A stretch of DNA of 64,000 nt from Phyllobates terribilis (Eukaryota): the NCBI RefSeq assembly GCF_046119375.1, contig NW_027362767.1, positions 384,896,001 through 384,960,000 on the forward strand. The letters run 5' to 3'. Positions within the stretch are counted from its first letter, which is position 1. Each line of letters starts with the position of its first letter. Positions 52,401-64,000 of this stretch are shown here, one piece after another. The position numbers were made by a program, and so were the translations under genes. A model generated the notes under the pieces. It was not told where the DNA came from. It saw nothing but the letters and a program-made list of their open reading frames with translations, and made no database searches.

Positions 52401-53065
52401 GAGAAAAAAGTGCAAACAAAGCACTGGTTACTAATGGGAAGACGTAAAGTGCACCTGACGCCGCTGCCCTACAGAGGTGGCCACCCTGACGGCTGAGCCT
52501 CCAGTTACGGGGGCGATAATCCTCCCCAATATATTATGAGGCTGCAGGTCAGTAATCCTATAGATGGACTCTGGATTAGTGAAAGCAATGCATCAGTAAT
52601 ATTTTCCAAATGCCATAGATTAAACCCCCCCAAAAATTTGCACGTTAGGATCGTCCCATTACAAATTCCACATACATTTTATAAGTGAATAGCAGCCGTG
52701 ACAATCGCCTCCGGCTTTTTCAGAGGTCATTTTGCAATTTTTTTTTTTTTTTTTTTTAAATCTCGTCTGGTTATATATGTAAAATCTTTTAAATTAGTGT
52801 TTTGTCAGTTTAATGGGGTACATTTTGCTTTCGCCTCATCTCCCTTTGGTGCACCCAGTGCGGGTATCTCCGTGATTTCATAGGAATTATCACAATGTGG
52901 AAGTATTGCTGTGAGCATGCGGGTATGTGCGGCGCACAGCGTGTTTACTTCACACACAAGAGGAAGCAGATGAAAGAGTACGAGCCTCTAGCAAATACAG
53001 CGTATACATCCTCCATGTGCAGAGCCACTTCACCTAGATCAAGAGCACACATCGCCAGCGAGCAG

Positions 53066-53464
53066 CTGATACCGCGCAGGGATTATAAAATGGAGCACAG
53101 GAGAGAGAGCCACTACAGCAGGAAAACCGCAAGCGTCTGACACCGTGCAGGGATTACACCTGCCCCCACTACCAGATGGAGCGCAGGAGAGAGCGCCACT
53201 ACGGCAGGGAAACCGCAAGTGTGATACCGTGCAGGGATTACACCTGCCCCCACTACCAGATGGAGCGCAGGAGAGAGCGCCACTACGGCAGGAAAACCGC
53301 AAGCGTCTGATACCGTGCAGGGATTACACCTGCCCCCACTACCAGATGGAGCGCAGGAGAGAGCGCCACTACGGCAGGGAAACCGCAAGTGTCTGATACC
53401 GTGCAGGGATTACACCTGCCCCCACTACAAGATGGAGCACAGGAGAGAGCCACTACAGCAGGAA
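53066..53464. repeat. 84-86-bp tandem repeat, about 4.5 copies
   Basis: accgtgcagggattacacctgccccc recurs at 53142, 53226, 53312 and 53398. Confidence 0.92.
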
Positions 53465-53589
53465 AATTGAAAACTTATTGTAGCCTTTCTTGAGGGTCAT
53501 TCCTTAAGGTTTTTTTTCCTTGCTCCATTCCTGTTGAATGGAAAACACAGCATGGAGACCTGTTACGGATATGGAAACATTTTCTAAAC

Positions 53590-54645
53590 ATCTCGATTTA
53601 TTGAGTATCCCCGCACTTAAAAGCCATCAATGAGGTTATTAATGGTGGTCTGAGGAAGGGTCTGCTGCACTGAATGTACTTGAGCAAAGCATCAAGATCC
53701 GCTGCTGGCAGTTTCCTTTTGCACTGCCAGATGTGCTCGAGGGGAGACAAGACCGGAGACGCTGCAGGCTATGAGAACACGTTTAGGCCAAGCAGGATGC
53801 TCATAGTAGCACCAGCCATATGCTGCCTGCAGTTTTCATGTTGAAAGATGGCTCCTGGGGCACTTTGGAACCAGTGCTTACAGCCATTTTCTCCACCACC
53901 AAATGAATTTAACAATGAGCAGTTTCATTGCCTGGAATCAAGACTAGAGGGGTCCGGCCACTGTGCACTGTGCCACCTCACACCATATTCCTGAACTGGT
54001 GTGATGTCCCCTTATAAAAAGCCCTGTGGTCGCCTCAGATTCAAAGACTGCCACATAGTGATCCATTGTGTACTGCAAGTGAAATAAGTCGTCACATACC
54101 GAGCCCAAGGCATCAAATCCTGTCTACACAAACCATCAGAAGGCGTCTGCATGACATTAGGCTTAGAGCCAGACGTCCAACTACAGGAGCTCCATTGACC
54201 TCAAGCAAAGACTATCATTGTGCAGAGCAGATGGCAACAAAGGTTAGAATTCAAGTCTATCCTCGTTTGTCCCAGATACAATGATAGTTTGAGATTGGTC
54301 CGGAGACCACATAAGCAACGGCATGAAGAGGTCTTCACGAGGGGCTGTCCCAGGAGCCATTTTTCAAGGTAACACCAGGCTGCATGTTGCTCGTGCCACT
54401 TCGAGCAGCCTAAACATGTTACCATGGTCTGCAGAGTCTCTGGACTTGTCTCCCATCGTGCACATCATTAGTTGACAATTGCACAGGGAGCTGCCAGCAG
54501 TGGATCTTGATTATTTTTGCGACCAAGTGCATTCAGGGCGGCAGAACCTTCCTCAGACGGCCATTGATGACCTCATTGATAGCAGCCGAGGATTTAAGTG
54601 CGGGGATTTCTGCAGGTGACGCTCATACTCCAGACTGAATAAGTC
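53590..54645 (+). mobile_element. Degenerate Tc1/mariner element with long inverted repeats
   Basis: 53606-53690 is an imperfect reverse complement of 54521-54610. Internal TIRRRLHDIRLRARRP and decayed QDN/SPDLSPI-like codons. Confidence 0.6.
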
Positions 54646-57600
54646 AAGATGTTTTGAAAATGTTTCTATTTTTTCTCCATTTGCACATCAGTGACATGTC
54701 TGTCCATCCAGTGATTTCCATCATTCCATGAATTTTCCTTACTGTTGTTGCAACTTCACTGCTAAGTGTATAAAAGGGTTGTCTCTTAAGAAAAGCTTTA
54801 ATGGTCGCTATAACCATACAGTAATGAATGAATGGGGTCAAGACCACCGGAGCAGTTCTGCATCCAGCCTAAGGGCTTATTCACATGACCGTACAGCGGC
54901 CATGTTTTATAGTCCATTTTACCGCAAAAATTCCAGGCCCGACCACGGGTCTCCTGAACTGTCAGCATCATATGCCCATGAGGTCGTGCCTTAAGCTGAG
55001 GAGACATGCAGTCAGACCAGAAATGGAGGCCATTAAATATGGCCGCTAAACGGTCATGGGAAGAAGACTAGTGTTTCAAATGGACAGAATGTAGATGTGT
55101 TCACATCACAGACCCACTGATTGAAGCGTAGTTTGATCCACAAAGCAGACCATAGTTGGACATGACTGTCCAAAGGGACATGTAAAAAAACTGTACAAAT
55201 GTGTACAATCTGTGCAAAAACTGGGTAGCACAAATCCACAAGAAACGGATATGTAAATTCAGCATAACAGATCAGAGTCCTGTGACTATAATGCCCATAC
55301 AGAATATAGAAAGGCCTTCTTTATGAAGTGTTTTTTATTTATTTTTTTCCATCTTCATTGCAATCATTTTTTTTTTTGCAATTGGATTTCATTCAAACTT
55401 TTGCACAATTTGCTTTCTAGAGCCTATGTTCAGCATTATCTATTACTGTCTGCAAAATGGTTTAAACTGAGAATATCAGTGAGCTCATTCTAAGGGAAGA
55501 GTTAAACAACCGTATAACTGGGACAAGGATCGCAACAAAATGCTTGGACTGGCCGACCTGAGCGCAACGGCTGCATAGAATTACATGAAGCTCTCACGCT
55601 CAGGTCAGAAGCACCGCCGGCCAGTCTGACCATAGCCCTGCGATCCCAGTCCGAATCATGCGGCCATCCCCAACAGTCCGATGGGAGCGTTTTGCAACTT
55701 CTGGGTTCCGCTCAGCTAAATTTATGACCACAACAGAGTTGAACCTGCAAGGAAAGTGCTGGTGCTAAATTGCCAGACGCTGAAATTTTTTTCTTCAATT
55801 ACACCAAAATTGCAAAGTTATTTTCAGGCTTTAGTAAATTATCTGTATTTACTTAAAACAAAAATAAAAAAAGTTGTATTAAAATTAAGTGGCATCTCCC
55901 TTTCTGTTCAGAGGATATATGGTATTGGGTAGTTGGAAGCAGGGCTATAGCTTCATGGCGTATTTTTTATTTTTTCAAGTATGTATTTTTTTCTTATTTT
56001 TTGACATTTTGCTCCCCATAAATCATAACTAGGGCTGCATGGCAACTGTGGTAATGATTTCTGTATCACGATGCTACATTACAACATTATGAAAGGAAGA
56101 TCCCCCTCCGAAAGACCTGGAAAACATAGGGCTCAAAGTCGCCCGTGTTAAAGAACAGTAGTATGCATGCGTGACCATCACTCGTTTCACTTCTATGGGA
56201 CTGCAGTAACATGCGTGTTAATACTCCGTTCACACACAGGGCTTTGGAACCACCTCTCCAGACCAGTGCTGACCATGAGCGTCAAGCTTCAATAGCGGTA
56301 GCTACCATTTGCATCATGGAAAAACCTTTAAAATCTCATGTCTACCATAATCTGTACTGTAAAGCAGCAGGCAAATGGCTACAGCACCTCACAGCCCGGT
56401 CTTTGGGATCAATGGGGATCCCAGAGGCCGAGCCCCGCACTGATCTACAACTTAAATCGCCTATTCAAGAAATAGGTGACATTTTAGGTTGGGTTTGCTG
56501 ATTTTACGCACTTAAAATCTGCAGCATTTTACAGTAACAAATAAAATGAGTAATACTTAGCCTCATCCACATGGTGCATTTTTTTGTCTTTTGTTGTATT
56601 TTTTACAATCCGAAGCAGGTCAAATTCTGTTATGGAAACGCACAATTTATTTTTTTTATTCCTATTCTTTTCATTGGAGGAGTTAATTCTGCAGATTTAA
56701 CAGCTGATCCAGCATTATTTTGGTGCATTGCAGTAAAAAAAAAAAAAAAATGCACAAATAAGTGCGGAAAACATGCAGATTTTAGATGTGGATTTCAGTT
56801 TAGAAATCTGCACCAAAACACAAGCCTGTTTGAGTGCAACTTCTCTGCGACTCGCTGTGGCGCAACGTTTTAGAGCTGTAATTTTGCTGGAAAAAAAAAC
56901 AAACACGCAAATAAGTTGTTCCCAAATTGCATGCGACTTGCATTGGAATCTATGACAAGAGAATCACGGGGGACTTGCAACCAGTGACAGAGAATCTAAC
57001 ATGTTCAGAAACATATGCAAGCGTTTTTTTGTTTTTTTTATTCCTTTCTATGGATGAAAAAAAATGCTGAAAGAATTGACTTGCCGCAGATTTCACAAAC
57101 ATTGCCATTTTCAAGTTCAGTCAAGAAGAAAAAAAAAAAAAAAAAAAAAAAAAGCAGAAAAAAAAAGTGCATGAGATTTCGGAAATCGTATAGCTTTAGC
57201 TGGTAGTGAAAAAAGCTGCATTTTGCATGAAAAAAAAAACAACAAAACACTACATGTGAACACTGCCTTATGTACTGCAGGTCTTGTGACCCAAACAAAC
57301 AAATTCCTGCACTTTTAACACAGGTGAGAAAATACAACCGCTATACAGTCATGCATCATTTAAAGGCCATGTTCACACATTGCATTTTTGCTTTGTTTTT
57401 TTTCTGCAGGCAAAACCTGCTCTCTTGGCAGTAGAGAAGCTGCTTCCAAAAAGCAGGTTTTGCTGGGTATTTGCTGCATTTTTATTCTCTCGTGCATGCT
57501 GATAATGTTTAGTGCCCCCGAAAAAAATACATGATGCAATCCTTAGGTTTTTGCACTAAAACCTGATACCTGCGATCCTTGCCATGTTTTTGCACTTACC

Positions 57601-58619
57601 CATTGCTTTCTACGGGTGAGAAAACGCTGCAAAAAGGCAGTAGTTTTCCAATTCAGTCAGGAAAAAAAAAATAAAAAAAACAAAAAACAAAGTGTGTACA
57701 TGAGATTTCTGAAAACAAACACCCAATGGGTGCAGGAGGTGCAGTTGCACACAGGGCCTGGATCCCAAGGTAAAGCACAAACGATCGCTTTAAAACTGCG
57801 ACCATAAGGTGAAAATGTCGTTCCATGCAAAAATCTCAGCGCCCCATCGCATTTTATGATCTCTTACGGTGACGCGCTACGATACAGACTCGTGTAGCGT
57901 TCCAGGTACGCTGGATTTTATGTCGCTGGTTGCACGCGACTCACTTGCCATAAACTTCAATGCAAGGGAGTCGCATTTTTGACACGTGCTGCCCCAACCT
58001 AACATACGACCGCTATACAGTGCCGTGAATTAACCTTTTTTGCTATTAATACCTCCTTGGTGGGGATATATCAGGATTTAAGGTGTCCCATCCTGTAACA
58101 AGAGTCTGAATAATGACTAAGGCCAATATTATTAAATAAATAACTGGAGCCCACCAGCTTCTACATTACACCCCGGAGCTCCTCATTTAGTACCATTACT
58201 ATACCGTACGCCGTATACAGAGAGCCCCGCTCCAGTGCAATATTTAGGCAACTAGGGTCACAACCGCACCACTATATCTAATGGCTGCCAATGGGGCACG
58301 CGACCACCAAAGACCCAAACCTGCGGGATTACGGGTCGTCATGTCACTATCCCAGATACCAATGGGATGGCGGCTTTTTCCCCCGCAACCAAATTACGAC
58401 AAAAAGTAAAAGCGCACCGATATCTGCTGGCACGACTATATACTGCAGTTTACAGTAGTGTTTGTGTATGGACTGTGTGTATATATTGGTGAGCAGCCAC
58501 ATGACAGCCCACACCGTCCTCCATTAGTCTCCTAGGCTTGTTTACCACCAAGCAGGGACTGGATGGTAGGCCAGCGTGTGTAGAAGCAGTGTAATGCCCC
58601 TAGGCCGCTGTGTACAGCT

Positions 58620-58900
58620 CACCGTCCACCCCCTCCTCGCCTTTTACATCCCCCTCCTCACCGTCTGACACGGCGATGGCCGACTAGGCCGCAAGCCAAG
58701 CCTTTCCTAACGCTTACCTCCCACAGTCAGGCTCCGCTCACCCCGCAGCTCTCCGCTCTCATGTCTCCCTCCTCACGAAAATTGCGGCGTTACAGAGAAT
58801 GGAGGCCAAGCATATCCGCCTACATCCGCCCGTAAAAAGAAAAAAAAAACTAGAAAAAAAAAATCTCAGGAAAGACTCCGTCCGCCATCTTTGATGAGGG
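58620..58900 (-). promoter_or_regulatory. AKT2: Probable AKT2 promoter and non-coding first exon(s)
   Basis: CpG-enriched patch; YY1-type AAGATGGCGG (58882-58891, minus strand); consensus donors ending at 58742, 58718, 58662 and 58623; about 9 kb upstream of exon 2, whose acceptor needs an upstream exon. Confidence 0.7.
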
Positions 58901-60906
58901 CAATTGCCCTGTGCTGATATGTCTGAGGGGAATGTGAGGTGAAAACATGCAGCTGAGATCTCTGGTGCACACTGTGATGTGATTAGATGTCTGTGACCAT
59001 AATATTAAGATAGCAAATAGCTTATAAATAGGAAGCCATTGTTGCCTATCAACAGCGCAGCATTGTCTATTATATACGTATAAGAACGGGAAATGCCTGT
59101 AAAAATGTTGCAATTGCGTCACATTTCACTTTGCGTTATTCAATAATAATGATATATCTGTCAGGACAGAGTCACAGAGTCACACGTAGCGGCTGTTGCT
59201 GCAGGGTCAATGCTTATCTATGGGCGACCCAGTGGTCCCCTCCTCGCTTTCAATTTTTCCTCCTCGCCTTCCAAGAGCTAAAACTTTGTTTTATTTTTGT
59301 TTTGATAAGAGTTATATGAGGGTTTTATCTTATTTTTATTTTTTTTGTGGGGAGAGTTGTAGTTTTTATTGGGCTCTGTACGACTTTTTTTATTTCTTTT
59401 TATTCCATTTTTTGGGGAAGTGAAAAATTAAAAAAATAGTGATTTAACCATTTCAATGCTTTGTTTTTTTGGCGGTCACCGTATGAGATAAATATTTAAA
59501 AATTGTATTATTTTGGATAGTTATCCATGCAGGGATACCGCAAACGTTATTTTTTTTATATATATATATTAATAAGATTCTGGAAAATTAGGGTGCCTCA
59601 ACTTTTTTTCAAGTTTTTTTCTTTCTTTTTTCATTGTCTTTTATACTGTTTTTTTGTTCTCTCAGAGTCCCAGGAGACTTGAAATAGCAATAAATGGATC
59701 ACTTTTACGATACATAGAAATACTGTAATATTGAAGAGTATTATAAGATTGCTGAGCTTTTTAAGTGTACAAACATGGCAGTAGGCCCCTGGTGGCCATG
59801 ACGTTGCCATCAGCACTCCATTTCCACCCTCTTCAGTGGGGTACAATAGAGTTAAATGGAGCTAGCTCTGATCACAGCAATTACACTATGGTCACACAAT
59901 GAGTTTTTGGTTGCGTTTTTTACCCTGAGTATTTTAAAAAAAAATTCAAGTAACCTATTTTACTTAATGGGTGTGGAAAATCTGCAACATCAAAACCTCA
60001 CCAAAAGCCAAAGTTTCCAAGAGGAAGACGCTTTAGGAAAATGTTGAAGTGTCTTTTTGGTGTTTTTTGTGCCGTTTCTTGCAGTGTCTTTGCCACTGGC
60101 GTTTATTTAATTTTTTTACATTATAACTATATAGTGAGCAGCTTCCTCTTAATCCACTTGAAGAATGAAGCGGTCACTTCTTGTAACCGCTTTGCAGTTT
60201 TCGAAGCCTGAAGCGGTTAAAAAAAAAGTTCACAAAGACTGAACAAAGTTTTGACTTTGCAGTGCACCGTTTATTTTAACATTTTTTATGCACTTTTGCA
60301 GGCGGGTTTCAGAGTGAAAAAGACAACGTGTCAGAAACTGAGTGACCTCAGCATATATACCAGGAACCTATATGTGTATTACAGCCGCAGGATTGCGCAG
60401 GCAAGTGACCGCTCCCATACTACCCTATTATTGTAATAGTACACCTCCTGCCCTAAGGGACAGGCTCTTAAAGGTTTTTTTTGGGGGGATTCCGAAAACC
60501 CATCTTCCGCGGCTGCAGTTTGTTTTAGAAAAGCAAACTGTACTTTGTTCACCGTCTCCTGGCCCAGCACTGAGTTTCCGCCGCTGCTGCTGAAATCAGT
60601 GAGCCAATAAGTAGACGGAATAAGCCTCTCAGAGACGCTGAGATCATTGATTGACGTAACGTCATTGCCAGACACAGGAATCTGTGTCGGTTACTCAGCG
60701 CTTGACCTGGGGAGGATGAGCAAAGATCCGTTGTTTTTTCTAAAGATTTCCGATTCCGAAAGAAAGCTCTTAAGACTACGTTCTTACGACGAGCTTTTTG
60801 GTGAGTTTTTTATGTTGCAGATTTTCTGCAGCATTTCTGCACCCATTAAGTAAGATAGGTTATTTGCATTTTTTTCAAAAATACGCAGCGTCAAAAACTC
60901 ACCTAA

Positions 60907-61268
60907 GGCTGTATTCACACGTTGCTTTTTTGCTTTTTTTTTATGCAAATTTTAAGATACGTTTTACAGTACTTGCAAAAGCTATGAGATTTCAGAAATC
61001 TCATGCACACACTGCAGCATGTCACTTCTTTCAGCGTTTTTTCACCCATAGAAAGCAATGAGTAAGTGCAAAAACGCAGGTATCAAATTTGGCTGTGTCT
61101 TTAGTTCAGAAAACTCAGTAACAACAGTCACTAAACTGTATCAGCATGCACAAGAGACACATGTACCTGAAAAACGCAGCAAAACATACTTTTTTTTTAA
61201 GCAGTTTTCTTTACTGCCAAGCGAGTAGGTTTTGCCTGCAGAAAAAAACGCAACATGTGAACATAGCC
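60907..61268. mobile_element. PIF/Harbinger (Tourist-like) MITE
   Basis: TAA|ggctgtattcacac ... tgtgaacatagcc|TAA. Related sequences occur at 5665-5907 and around 56550-57700. Confidence 0.75.
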
Positions 61269-62593
61269 TAAGGTTTTAAAGAGGTTTGCCCACAGAAGAC
61301 ATTTATCTCCTATTATTTATTGCCTCCTCTTGTCTGATCGCTGGAACCTCCATGATGACTAGATCAGGGGTCCTGAGCCCTACATTGAATGAAACGGTGG
61401 TGCCATTTCATTCAATGTCCTGCCACTCTTTTCAATGTCTATGGGGGGTACACACTAATACGGTCGCCATTAAAACTGCAACTAAACTTGGCATCCTGCT
61501 TTTTTACAGCTCTGAAGGGCAAATAAGTTGCTGCTGATTTTGGAAGCCCTGCGCAACCATAGATGTCATCCACATCAGTTCTCGGGGCGCATGTAGCCCC
61601 ATCCAACCATAGGTAAGTGCGTAAATGTGGAGGTCATCTGCGGTAACCCAATTCCAAATCAGTCATGTAGTGTTATTTATAAGACATATTAATTCCCCAG
61701 ATGAGCAGGCTGTTTATAGTGGATGTTTACATGCCACGCTGTTTTGGTGGCTGTGACTGGTAGGCTGGCAAGCCCCGAGGGCCAGGCATGGCCGTGTTTG
61801 TGTGTCAGATCTTGTGAGCGGCGCGGCCCACATTATGTTGACATGCAGCACACCTGCCTATGTGTACGACACGTTATCTCCGCCAGCGCCTGTGTAAACT
61901 GCTCCTACTTCCTGCCCCTTGAAGTCACCCGCCCGTCTCGTGTTTTTGCTCTCCAGTCCAGGGACTGTTTACTCTGTAGTGTTTTTCCTCAATCATTCGG
62001 AGCGCGTGTAAGACGTTTATAGCGGCGTATCGCTGGAGATAAGAGGATTATGTTGTGTGACTGATGCAGAGCAAAGTCATACTCTCAGACTATTGTGCTG
62101 CTGCCAGGGGGTAAAACTGAGTCCCAAGGTGTCATGTAACTACAGTAAACTCTCCTTTACATAGGGCAACAATTCAAGTGGCCATTCTGGCTAATATAGT
62201 CCCGTATGCAGATCTAGGTACATTCACGCTGCGCTTGCAGGTACAAGAAAGGTGTAAATTGGGAGGAATTCCCCACATATACCTATAACAGATACCCCCT
62301 ATATACTCTATCCAGTTGCATACGTCTCCTTTAGGCTCTCATGTTGAAAAAAATGTATTTTTTTTTTTTTTCTGGATGCCTCTATATAAAAGAACATAAT
62401 CTGCTGTCAGAGAAAAAAGGTATATCTCTGCACGCTGACCCTATAACTCACTGTTTTGGCCTCCACATGTTTAATTGAGGCCTACGGATATGTTTGACGG
62501 AGCTATCACTTCTGCATACTCAGAAGCTGCTGCACAAGTTACTTTTTGCAACCTACACCAATTTATGGTCTTCGCCTACCAAAGATATGCAAT

Positions 62594-63623
62594 TGTTATG
62601 GGCTCCTTTGATGAGGTAGATTCTCTTAGCCTTAGGTCTGGGTTAGCAGTACAGATCAGAGGCGTTAGTGCAGCCCGGCTGGTCTTGACAGATGACAAAT
62701 GGATCAGGGAGGACCTAGACAGCAGGGTATGTACAAACAAGTGGAGCAGGTAGCACAGATATAGCAGAACCAGGTGTGCAGATATGTACAGGAACAGTAA
62801 CTATATAGGAAACATGTTATGGCAGGAAAGCGGTTAATCAAAGGAATGCAGTCTGGTATCTAATGGTAGGGTAATGGTTAAACATAGGAGTAACCAAGAA
62901 GTCATCACACTCTGGAATCTACCAGCAGGGCAGTGGTTGATAATAGTAATATAATAGAAGTGAATTAAGTATGGTATCATCCAGCAGGGTAATGGTTAAT
63001 AGCAACAAAGTAACAGCAAAAAATGCAGTCTGGTATCTTCCAGAAAGGCAATGGTTAATAGCAGGAATGCAATGAAGCATAAGGAAACTGGAGATTCGCT
63101 TGAAGAGATGTGTTGCCCTGATTGCAGATACCAGGTGTGGACAGATGTGAGAAGTTGGTAACTTGCTGAGAGATAGCTATGGAATTCACCTAGAAAGTTA
63201 GACTAAGCTTTGAAATATCTTTGGTTGTAGCATGGAAATGAGGAAAAGCTGATGAAATGATCGACCCCTGACTGGAGCTGGACCAAGTGAAGTAGCTGCA
63301 AACTCCTGACAGACTTGAGACCACTGAAACATTGCTACTTAATACAGAAACATTTGGTCTCTGCCAAAGCCGGTCTTAAAAGGCCTAGGGTGATGATGTA
63401 AGAGGAGTTACCTGAGAAACTGGCATGGACTGCTGCAAAGGTAGGTGGCCATAGGAGAAGGAAACCATACCCAGTACTGGAGCCAGGACAGGTGGGTAAG
63501 AGTTAGCAAGACATAGGGGATAGATGGACTACAGGTTCAGAGACACATTGATCTCTGTAGACACTTGGACAAAGGGGGTTGTCTCGGGCCACTCACTTCC
63601 TGCGACCATGCATGCAGTTAACA
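62594..63623. mobile_element. Probable solo LTR
   Basis: Ends TGTTA ... TAACA; 4-bp flanks caat/caac; internal degenerate repeats (tggtatc..ccagcagggtaatggttaatag). Confidence 0.5.
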
Positions 63624-63755
63624 CAACTCTCACTTCTGATGCAAAAATGAGCAGCATCGGATCACCCCTTTAAATCAGACTGGCTAACATAGAAGGGAGA
63701 ATGATCATGTTTCATGGCATCTCCCCTTCCTAGCAGACCGAATATACTGCACCGT

Positions 63756-64000
63756 TGTAGTGCCGGCGTCCCTGCCCTCTGCTAGGCAGGGACGCTGTTC
63801 CCCTCACCGCTCTGCTCCGTGCCCGGCGTCCCTCTCCCGCTCTGCTGGCAGCGCGCGCTCCTTCCCGGCCACTGTGCTTAGGGCGCGCGCGCGCGCCCTC
63901 CCTCCCTCTTAAAGGGGCCGCGCGCGCCGTCCTAAGGAGTCCCCGGCCAATGGCCGGAGGACTTTACCATATATAAGGCACCTCCTCCAAAATGGAGGTG
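63756..64000 (+). mobile_element. 5' part of a probable LTR (U3), truncated by the window end
   Basis: Starts TG, abruptly CpG-rich; hairpin gcgtccctgcc..ggcagggacgc; CCAAT 63947-63951 and TATATAA 63970-63976. Confidence 0.45.

Noticed and set aside
53066-53464. 86-bp repeat as a CRISPR array or tRNA/snRNA cluster
   Set aside because: No variable spacers, no cloverleaf, and no A/B boxes recognisable.
58105-58135. atgactaaggcc resembling the hammerhead core at 24331
   Set aside because: No stem II closure, no GAAA and no cleavage triplet follow.

Overview
Vertebrate genomic DNA, almost certainly an anuran (frog), judged from the AKT2 protein and the TE families. It contains the block MAP3K10(+) >< TTC9B(-) < CCNP(-) < AKT2(-), the same order and orientation as human 19q13.2. 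I mapped the last coding exon of MAP3K10, the 3 exons of TTC9B, 8 coding exons of cyclin P (about 383 aa), and all 13 coding exons of AKT2 (486 aa) plus its probable promoter. Introns and intergenic DNA are dense with Tc1/mariner, hAT, piggyBac-like, T2/Kolobok-like and PIF-Harbinger-like elements, a Penelope-like remnant, LTRs and minisatellites. Most long ORFs in the track are repeat artefacts. The best leads are: (1) a Penelope-like inverted repeat carrying a hammerhead-ribozyme-like motif with a compensatory A3:U8 core pair; (2) a 28-bp micro-inversion that flips the start codon of an otherwise intact DD38E transposase; (3) a reading-frame discordance in TTC9B exon 1, with a rearranged partial duplicate of that exon upstream; (4) a GC-AG intron in AKT2; (5) same-family nested piggyBac-like insertions. 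No prokaryotic-type system (CRISPR etc.) is present. Similarities to known proteins are from recall, not from database searches.
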